DNA of 63,989 nt, filler included, from Octopus bimaculoides (Eukaryota), in NCBI RefSeq assembly GCF_001194135.2. It is 7 parts of 7 records of this genome, joined end to end, with 100 filler letters (N's around TTAATTAATTAA, not from the genome) between each part and the next. Parts side by side here need not be neighbours in the genome. Positions count along the whole stretch, not along the records: positions 50,983 to 55,138 come from NC_068981.1; positions 55,239 to 59,640 come from NC_068985.1; positions 59,741 to 62,888 come from NC_069006.1; positions 62,989 to 63,989 come from NC_068986.1; 3 more parts are not named here. The stretch is one strand, 5' to 3'. Made by a program: the position numbers and the translations under genes. Under the pieces are notes generated by a model, which had not been told where the DNA came from, did not search any database, and worked only from the letters and a program-made list of their open reading frames with translations. This document shows, piece after piece, positions 54,471 to 63,989 of the stretch; within the stretch, counting starts at the first letter, position 1; every line of letters begins with the position of its first letter.

Positions 54471-54933
54471 TATCGATAATATAATTGCTATTTTCTGATT
54501 TTTTAAAATACTTTTAAGTCTGGATGGAGTTATTGTGTTTTTCTTTTATGCAAACTGTCAAAGTTAGACTGAAATCCTGTTACTCAAAGCGATCAGTGGC
54601 TTGTATTTGAATGTGCTGATTGCTGTACACAGTAAATTGATAATCTATTAAAATTTCTTGTATGGACAGAGAAGGAAAAAGAAACAAACCTAAAAGCCAC
54701 GCTAAATGAGAAAGGGAAAATATTTAAAGAAATTAAGAATAAATTGAAGATTGAATTCACGTTCTTATGTAAAAGCAAAATATGATCTCTTTTTTTGAAG
54801 GCGATACGCAGCAATTGACGTGTTTTGTCTTTACTAGCATAAAATTCTCTTGAGGCAAAATCGGAGCATTTTGGATAACTAAGGATATCATTTTATATAC
54901 ATATTCATAACTCTCAGTACTTTAGTATTCTAG

Positions 54934-54996
<63 letters not shown>

Positions 54997-55239
54997 TAAA
55001 TCCGCAGCCTATGTATACAAATACCTTATATAAATACACACACACATATACATACATACATACATACATACATACATAAATACATACATACATACATATA
55101 TACTCATACATAGGCGCAGGAGTAGCTGTGTGGTAAGTNNNNNNNNNNNNNNNNNNNNNNNNNNNNNNNNNNNNNNNNNNNNTTAATTAATTAANNNNNN
55201 NNNNNNNNNNNNNNNNNNNNNNNNNNNNNNNNNNNNNNT

Positions 55240-56038
55240 ATTTATATTATTAAATTTATTATTATCATTAAATAAATTAAATTCAATCTTATTATTTTGT
55301 CCATTATAATTATGTTTATGTTTTTATTATCATAATACCTATTATTCTTACCATTATTACCTAAGTAGACCTTATCATAATTCTTAATGTTATGTTTCTT
55401 ATTATAGAAAATAAATGGATCATTAATATTATAATCTTTGATATTATAATTATATTTCGAATTATTAAAGAATTTAATATTATTAGTATATCCCGCCTCA
55501 CGAAGGGTTTCATTATAATAAGGTGCATGTTTTTGGAAAATCTCAAAATTAGAAGAAAGTAACGATATTCTCTTGCCTATATTATATGTTAACGATTTCT
55601 TAATTGAGGGTAGATGATTCCTATTAGCATTAATATATCTAATGTTTTCATTAATTTTATGGAATGGTTGGGTTTTACCTGTTATTAAATTAAAATTAGC
55701 ATCTAAATAACTAACATTATAGTTCTCATTATATATAGTAATCGTTAATCCATTTCTTTAAAAAAAAACTATATAGTTTCTTCTTATATAATTCTTGTGT
55801 TCTAGTGGTGCAATTCTTAGTAATAAAAGGTCATCCCTATTTAAACCACCCTCCAATTTTAAGTTTTCCAATTGAAGTTCTTATAATAAATATATACCTA
55901 CTAAATCAGTTACCTGTGCTGAATCGGGTGCCCCCATTGGTATATCAAAATAGTCCCTAGTATCCTTCCTAGCCCACAATTTATTATTATATTTAATCAA
56001 TGATTTCCTAGCTATTTTAACTACATTAACTTCATATG
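55240..56038 (-). mobile_element. Penelope-like (Naiad/Neptune-type) reverse transcriptase fragment
   Basis: FDIPMGAPDSAQVTDLVGIYLL, GLNRDDLL, NGLTITI, VSYLDANFNL, YINANRNHLPSIKK, RISLLSSN, YNETLREAGY. Confidence 0.85.
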
Positions 56039-56040
56039 TA

Positions 56041-57413
56041 TAGTAGAGCTCCTCCAATCTGGACTTCCTTTAAACTTGGACTTCCTCTAAACTTGGACTT
56101 CCTCTAAGCTTGGACTTTTTCATAACTCAAATTGTATTTGTATATTCGATGCAGTGTTGCAGTGAGACAGATAATATTTACAATGCTGATGAAACTGATA
56201 TAAATTGGAAGTGCTTGCTCACAAAAAATTTACCTAAATCAGAGGAGCGGAAAATAAAAGGATTCAAATTAAATAAAGGGAGATTTGCTGTGATGGTATG
56301 TGCTAATGCTTCTGGAACTCACAAACTTAAGCTTCTCGTCATTAGTAAATCTAAGTGTCCCCGAGCATTGAAAGGAGTTTCACCTTTACCAGTATCATAA
56401 TATTCTTCAAAAAAATGGATGGATGAATCAACACTTGTTCACAGAATGGTTCATACAAGAATTTGTGCCAGCTGTACAAAAGCGCTCACACGAATTAGGT
56501 AATTCTGATTCAAAGTGCCTGCTGCTATTAGAAAATTGTAGGGCACATCCTCACGAGACAAAATTAATGTCATCATGCGGGAATGTTTTTGCGTGCTATT
56601 TACCACCGAATGTGACATCTCTCATATAACCTATGGACCAAGGGATTATTTGGAACTTAAAATGTTTCTACAGAAATGACTTGATGATGAATATGATAAA
56701 TATGTTAAGCGTGGGAAAATTATATCCAGCGTCTAGTGCTCCCGAAGTGAAAGAAGCAGAGAATGAATGTGAAGTACAAAATACTCTTGAAACAATACGA
56801 TTTCCAACCAAACACACTGTTCTTCAATCATTTGATACAAATGAAATTGAAATGTGGGTGCGACAAGATAAAGAAACCACTGAACAATGTCCTGAAGAAA
56901 ATAATGGTCATGGAATTAGCGACAACGACAGTTCCAATTCGCATGAGTCTAATGCAAATGATCAAGAATACTCTAATGAGAAAATATGGGATAATGTAGA
57001 AAAGTCTATGGAGATAGTGATAAATTTTCTAGAAAGAAATCCTTCCTTTATGACAACTATGTTTTGGAAGCAATATCACTTCGAAAGGACATAAAGAAAT
57101 AGTGGAATTTCGTAGTTGCTTGAGGAATGCAATGGCAGCCCCCGTGAGTTCGACAAATGAAGACAGAAACGAAAATGAAGAAGCTCATTCAATGAATGAA
57201 TAAAAGTATTCAAATTTTTTTCCCTAACAATGATGTTTAGCAATTCTTTAAAATATATAATGTGCTCACCTCAATATATGCATTAAATACTAGCGGGGGT
57301 ACCCGGAAATGTAAGAGGAAATATTTTAATACCCTTATGCATTTTCCTCCCGTAATTTGAACAACGTCCTCTAACTTAAACATAGAGCATTTCAAATTAG
57401 AGGAGTTCTACTG
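56041..57413 (+). mobile_element. pogo/Tigger element, internally deleted
   Basis: TIRs (T)AGTAGAGCTCCTCCAAT / ATTAGAGGAGTTCTACTG, TA flanks; IYNADET, VMVCANASGTHKLKLLVI, LLLLENCRAHP, YLPPNVTSLI*PMDQGII. Confidence 0.92.
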
Positions 57414-58020
57414 TATATATATATATATATAGTCAGTGGATCATATATCCGAAAAAGAAGCACACTCTAAAGAACAGAATAGTAATGTACTTACATGCAA
57501 CTGAATACATGTCCGGTCATAGAGTAACCAATGGTTTCACGTCCATAAAGCACTTAACTTCATAGACGACTTGTCAGACTCTAATGGCAGAGGGCATATG
57601 ACCATGTATGTATGTTCATTAGCTTTTTAATTATTTAAATTCTTTCTATGAGAAAGAAGCTGGTTTCTAACAAAGAAACAAAGCTAAAACGCTGGAAATT
57701 AGATACCAACAATGTTGTAAAATTTTATGTTGAACTTCAGAAATGTCTTTTATACCATTACTGTTCCGCTGACTGGTTTGTTTTGTGAACTACGTGATCG
57801 TTAGCCTCTTTCTTCGCCTAACCCACCTCAGCTTTCCTAGGTTACCATTTAAACAGTTACTAACATGACCTTGTGCATCGATAATTATAGGTATAAACGT
57901 GAATTTATAAACTGGAAAGTGAAGCTGTTTCAAAGCAGCTGTCCGTGAATAATCTCTTCACTGAATTTGAAAGAAAGGCTCACATCTGGAAGACAGCTGA
58001 TTCTTGTAACTAAGTAATTT

Positions 58021-58052
<32 letters not shown>

Positions 58053-58096
58053 TGTATGTATGTATGTATGTATGTATGTATGTATGTATGTGTGTG

Positions 58097-58128
<32 letters not shown>

Positions 58129-58433
58129 TGTATGTGTGTCTGTATGTATGCGCGTGTGTATATGCATACAGGCATGTTTGTACGTGTATGTACATATGTG
58201 TGTCTGTAAGATGCTTGCATGTACGTATGTATATACATACGTACATACACAGATACGTGCGCACGTGCACACACGCACACACACATACACATATACACAT
58301 ATTTATGTATGTATATATAAGTTGAGTTCTATTGGATATTATGTACGAATATATAAACGTATGAATAAATGCTAATGCATTATGTGGATACGAAGAAAGG
58401 AAAAATTACAAAGTTTTCAACTTCAGAACTTAC

Positions 58434-58520
58434 ACTTATTTTCCTGTCTTCTATTTCTATATTTGATATATTTTCATTATGATATATGACTTCCGATTCG
58501 ATCATTTTAGACCTATTAAC
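58434..58520 (-). other. Candidate 87-bp exon
   Basis: Acceptor cattttcgtttttatcag, donor AGT|gtaagt. Open in phase 0 (VNRSKMIESEVIYHNENISNIEIEDRKIS); no recognisable domain. Confidence 0.25.
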
Positions 58521-58894
58521 CTGATAAAAACGAAAATGATATATTTTTTCTAGTGGTGTAACTACACAACCAAGGTTGTAAGAGTTGCGTGGTGGAGTAT
58601 CAGAGTTCAATGCTTTTATAGGAGTTCCCGAGTATATTCTTGTATGTTTCTGCTGGTGTACATTTCCTTCGGAAATATGTATATAGTCATACGTTCTTAC
58701 GCACACAAATATAATAACTGCTCATTTTGAAAACGTTTGCATTGCCGCAAAGTTGGCTCAAAATTAGTATCGGGGAAGTTTGGCAGGATCCCCACCCCCC
58801 AAAAGTGCAAAATAAAAAGAAGTGTTATGCATAAAACGACATTGACACTATCGGCACCATCAGCACCACCTCCACCATCAGTATCACCACATAT

Positions 58895-59040
58895 TCTGTG
58901 TCACGTTGATCTCCTTGAGAACTACGTTAAGGGCACGTGTGTCTGTGAAGTGCTCAGCCACCTGCATGTTAATTTTGTGAGAAGTCTGTTCCATTGATCG
59001 GATAAACTGGAACCCTCGTCATCGTAGTCGACGGAGTACC
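58895..59040 (+). mobile_element. SINE family B 3' half
   Basis: GAGAACTACGTTAAGGG..GATAAACTGGAACCCTCG match. Confidence 0.8.
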
Positions 59041-59059
59041 AGAATACACACACGCGCGC

Positions 59060-59298
59060 GTGCGGCGTGTGTATTGGGCTCTCGACTGTTAGGGTGTGTG
59101 TTCGATTCCTGGCGGCACTTTGTGTCCTTGGCTGGTCCTTTGATATACAGGTACTACTCATTTTTGCAAGCTGAGTTAACTGGAGCAATGTGAAAATAAA
59201 GTGCCTTGCCCCAGGATAAAACACGCTGCTGATAATCGAACTTACAACCTTACTCTCTTGAGCCGAATACCCTATTCACTAAGCTACGTTCCTTCACG
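59060..59298. mobile_element. Two oppositely oriented SINE heads joined tail to tail
   Basis: + head with GTTCGATTCC at ~59098-59107; - CORE-like SINE with head at 59298. Confidence 0.6.
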
Positions 59299-59585
59299 CA
59301 CATACACGTACATGTATAGTGACTAACCTTGGGCAAGGCTTGAAAAAAATGGGGGCATTACAGCAGTTGAAAGAAAAATAGAGAAAAGAGAAAGAAAATA
59401 GGCAAGTAAATGAGAAACAGAAGTTAAGGGAAAGGAAAAGGAAAAGGAAAAGAACAGATATAAAAAAGAGAAAGAAAACAGGAAGTTGGTCATCGGCTTA
59501 GCAGTTGAACCGTTATAAGACTACTGGTGCACGATTGGAGGACAAAGAAAAAAGGATTGGTCTCCAGAGAGGAAGAGGTAAAGGT

Positions 59586-59640
<55 letters not shown>

Positions 59641-59796
59641 NNNNNNNNNNNNNNNNNNNNNNNNNNNNNNNNNNNNNNNNNNNNTTAATTAATTAANNNN
59701 NNNNNNNNNNNNNNNNNNNNNNNNNNNNNNNNNNNNNNNNATCGCAGATTGTCTAATGAGAATATATGTGCGTTTTCCAGCTTCGTTGCTAATTAG

Positions 59797-59833
<37 letters not shown>

Positions 59834-60481
59834 GTATGCTTATCTTTCAACACCTAACGACCGATGTTGGTTTGCTTACATCCATGTAACCTAGTGCCTC
59901 AACAGAAAGCAACCGGTAGAATTAGAATGGAGACTAAAATACATGAAGGCAGTGCTGCAGCATGGCCAATCACTGAACCCACTGAAAGAATAATACAATA
60001 TACTTTAAATTCACCTGAAAGAGATGAAAGCTAAATTCACCGCAGCCAGGTTTCTAAAATTATGTAACCCCTTTTCTGGCCCTACCTCTCCCTCTTTCTT
60101 ACCACTCCTTATCCTTTGCGCTGTCCCCGCCCCTTTTTTCTTTATTGACTCACTCCAGATTATATTTGGTTTTATTATTATTATTATTATTGTTATCATC
60201 ATTATTATTCTTTCATGTTTTCTTTTCTATACCTCCATCTACATATCTCATCTAACGTATCCTGCCTTCACTCGCTTTCATCCATAGAATTCGGTGGCCG
60301 TGTATTTGTCTTTAAAATGCTGCCAGCCAGAAAGTTTGGCATTTCCTCATTCCTGGTTTTTATATCACCAACCTTTCTGTGTCCGTCTGCCTGTCCTAGT
60401 CTCTCCTTTTTTTTCTCCCTTTTTCTCTGGCTGTCTGCTCGTCTGCCTATCGGTCTATTCATCCATATAGCCATCTTTGTA

Positions 60482-60516
<35 letters not shown>

Positions 60517-62316
60517 TGCATCTTTATCCTATAAACTTCAAATGGAAATTCCACCAAGAACAACCCTTGCTTACACGTCCCTTTTTCTGTNNNNNNNNNN
60601 ATATATATATATATATATATATATAACACTTATGTACCATCTAACCCTCTGTCCATCATAAAAAAAAAACTTACAAAATATCAACCAATAAAAACAATCT
60701 AAGTCCATTAACATAAAAGCAACCGAAAGCATTGACTTTTAAAGCAGCCGTAAGCTGTCTGTGTTCTTTTTAGAAGCATGACTAAAAACTGGTGCAATGA
60801 ACGACCACTCCTGTCTCGATTTTCGTCTGTCCTTGTTTCTTTTTTAAATTTCTTCTCTTGCTTTTCCTCTTCTTCTCGTTTGACCTCTTCTTCCTCTTCC
60901 TGTTCACAAAACAGATGTCTCTTTTTTTCTGCCTCTACTCTGCATCTTTCAAAATAACTCATGACAAAAACTCGACATCACGTACACATCTACATTTATT
61001 GACCACAAACAAGCTTGCCAAGAAAGATGGTTATTCTTGTGTGTCCAATCCGACTGCTTGGCTAGAAACAGCAGTTAACTCTCACACAGAGATCACGTAC
61101 CACCCTAAGAAGGATAATATCGGTTAAAGTGTTCCTAGGCTTCCTTGTTATGTGTAGAAAAAAAAATAGGATGATCACTACTGGAGTGTCAGTTCAGTCA
61201 GGGCTGACGACAGGACTGATCCCTCTGATTATAGGGCTGCACAATAAGGGCTAACCAAGAACTAAATAACCACTTTACCCCTCTCTCACTCAGACACACA
61301 CTTCCCTCCGCACATGAGCCAGTGGATGTCCGACTAGAAATAGTGAAATCTACTACAAGTAACTTGTAATCTTTCAGCTTAAAACAGACGAGAGTCATTT
61401 AAAAATATGGCTTTTTTAAAAAACACTAAAACGAGATAGTCACGGCTGGAATACATTTCATGAGTTGCTGTATTCAGACAGTTTTGAGAACTGAAACTAA
61501 ACAACAGCGACAGGCAGCCTCAATCATATACAGCATCTAAACAGCATGGTCGCCACATTTTCCTCCTTCTTCAATACAAACCACTACGAAATTCCTGATT
61601 TTGCTACTACCCCTCTTTCTACAATCTTCATCCTTCTCCTTCTCATTCTTCTTTCGTTGATTCTCACATATCTGTCATTTATCTAATTCTCTCTCTCCCT
61701 CTCGGTATAATTTCTACCCCTCCGTCTCTGTTTTTCTTTTCCTAATACATCTCTATCTAACTATGTTTGGTACTGGTGGAAGTTGTTGAGGTGGTGGGTT
61801 TGTGTTGGACAGAACAGACCTCTCGTAGTGTGGGTGATGGCAGAGGCGGTAGTAATTTCGATATAATATGTCAGATAGTGCCCACCTGGTGATGAAGGAG
61901 TGCTCGAGTAGTTTCTGGTAATAGATGGTGTTGGACAGAACAAACAATGGAATTTGGCTTTTTTCTGTCGTTCTTTCAACCATTTATTTTCTGGTTGATA
62001 GACATGGTTATTTTCAAAGCCTTACACATACACACGCCGCTCGCTCGCTCACGTTTGTCATAAAGGTAGAACGCTTGTTTTTTTGTTTTTTTTTTGTTTT
62101 TATATAAGAAATGTGAGTTCGTGTCCCACAGGCAGCCTCCGAATGATTCTATTCAAAGAGGTTTTAAACCTAGTATCTACACGCTATTCTTTATAGCTCT
62201 ATTTACTTCGAACGAATTATATAATGTACATACGAAGAGAAAATATATGTGAAGTCGAACAGAGATAAAAACTAGACCTGAAGACTTTGATCGCGAAACC
62301 AATGCGCTCCCCCCCA

Positions 62317-62360
<44 letters not shown>

Positions 62361-63149
62361 GTATACTTACACTGCTATATACATCTCTTTACTGAATGTT
62401 ATATATTTTTACACATTTTTTTAATATTATTAAGCATGTGTGTGTGTGTGTAAAATGTACATATGATAGATACAGATCTACATATTCATATACATGTTCT
62501 ACCACATGGAATGCGTGCATTTACAACAAACCACTTCGACCACAACTCTTATGCTTTTGGCTGCGAGATATATAACTAGAAACCCAGACTTTCGGAATGA
62601 CCACAATTTTATATATCAATGCTTTTCAACCTTCTCCATGACTGAGCTGTCTCTCTTAACTCACTCTCACCCCACCCCATTTTCCCCTCTTTCTTTCTTT
62701 CTTTTGGTCCCCTCTCTCTCTGTTTATAATGTCTGTCTCTCTTTTGGGCTCCCTTTGCACTGATTTAGTGCTTTCCATCCTTCTCAATGACAAGCTGTCT
62801 AACACACACACACACACACACATACATACACCTACCTTTCTCTCGCCCTTTCTCTCTTTCTCTCCTTTGCTTCTCCCTCCCTCCCTCCNNNNNNNNNNNN
62901 NNNNNNNNNNNNNNNNNNNNNNNNNNNNNNNNTTAATTAATTAANNNNNNNNNNNNNNNNNNNNNNNNNNNNNNNNNNNNNNNNNNNNTATACATCTATA
63001 TGTATACATATACATCTCTTTCTCTCTCTCTGAAAGTATCTGTCATTACAGTATCGAAATGTGATTGTTTCAGTTAGTAGAATAGTTTCATTTTTAAAGT
63101 GAAAGTATTTGACATGAGTGTTTTTGTTTCACTTTTGACACGTAATACT

Positions 63150-63345
63150 TAAATAGTGGAGGAGATATTATGTTGCTGTGGGCTCGAACTCTGCAAGAAG
63201 TTAAAATTTTTTTTGACTAAAACACAACTGGAACCCTAAGTAAGGCATCTGTAAAATTTGAATGAAATTGGTTGCATAGTTCTCGAGTTTTAGGGATTCA
63301 CACAGACAGACAGACAGACACACATTCTCATTTTTATATATATAG
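63150..63345 (+). mobile_element. DINE-1/Helentron-like non-autonomous element 3' end
   Basis: AAATTTGAATGAAATTGGTTG..TTCTCGAG, (CAGA)n, terminal TTTTATATATATAG. Confidence 0.55.
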
Positions 63346-63399
63346 ATATCACTACCTCTATTCTCCCTCTCTTATTCTTCTTTCTTTCTGTTTTTCTCT

Positions 63400-63925
63400 C
63401 CCACACTTTCTTTAATTCTTCTCCCCTTTACCGTTCTCTTCCTCTCCTTCTCTCTCCTTCACTCTTCTTTCTCGACTCTCTCATTGCTCACACGTGATCA
63501 GCAGCTATCTTTCTTTCTTCTCCTTGCCTTACAAGAGACAACACGCATTTTTGCCTGTCTCCTGTCAGAGCTCGTTTCTCCAGCTTCATCTCAATATGGC
63601 TTATCAGCCCTTACCGTTTGTTTTTACTGTTTTCTTCTTACTCTCCTGTTTTTGTTACCACTTTAACCCTCCACAAATCCCAAATTTTATTTAATTTGCT
63701 TTGCTGGAATGACTTTTAATGAAGATGCGTCTTGTCCCAAGCATTTGAAACGTAGACTAGATAAAGCAAGGAACAACTGATGAAGGGATTGTTCTTTACG
63801 TTGCCTGTCTCATTTCTTTGTTTCTTTCCTGTTTGAAAAAAAGTTTGTTTTCCATGTTTTTGTTTTTCCTGTTCTCATCTTTCATGTTGTTCATGTTTTT
63901 TTGACATCCTGTACCCATATATGCA
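63400..63925 (+). mobile_element. Relative of the 16.2-17.0 kb element, with decayed HHR at 63711-63758
   Basis: Shared TTGCTCACACGTGA and terminal TCCTGTAC; TTAATGA-AGATGC/GCATTT-GAAAC-GTA; second CTGATGA at 63777. Confidence 0.6.
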
Positions 63926-63989
63926 TGTGTATATACATATATATGTAGGTAAGAACATATATATATATATGTATATATGCATATATATA

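Noticed and set aside
61753-61983. Short minus-strand ORFs with a duplicated TGTTGGACAGAACA
   Set aside because: No domain, no clear splice pair, weak hairpin.
62278-62302. CTGAAGA..GAAAC as hammerhead
   Set aside because: No stem II pairing.

Overview
AT-rich, microsatellite-saturated, gapped eukaryotic scaffold. The SINE families and repeat landscape look like a coleoid cephalopod, probably octopus (pattern recognition, not a database hit). Only one convincing host coding exon is readable: a 94-bp EGF-like exon on the minus strand (1907-2000) resembling a Delta/Serrate-type repeat, so most of the window is probably intron or upstream DNA. The rest is decayed mobile DNA: two pogo/Tigger, two mariner, a mariner MITE, a maT, a Sola-like remnant, CR1/L2, RTE, five R4/Dong-like fragments, four Penelope-like (PLE) fragments, a probable solo LTR, foldback elements and four tRNA-derived SINE families. 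Most notable signals: (1) several hammerhead-ribozyme (HHR) motifs, including a PLE 3' end with a tRNA-type Pol III promoter upstream of a minimal HHR; (2) a cluster of the identical 11-mer TGACGTCACTA at 40.7-41.7 kb; (3) an NF-Y/E-box/AP-1 promoter-like module at 47.7 kb; (4) many inverted repeats that could form dsRNA. Six 44N-TTAATTAATTAA-44N linkers are assembly joins, so contiguity across them is unproven.
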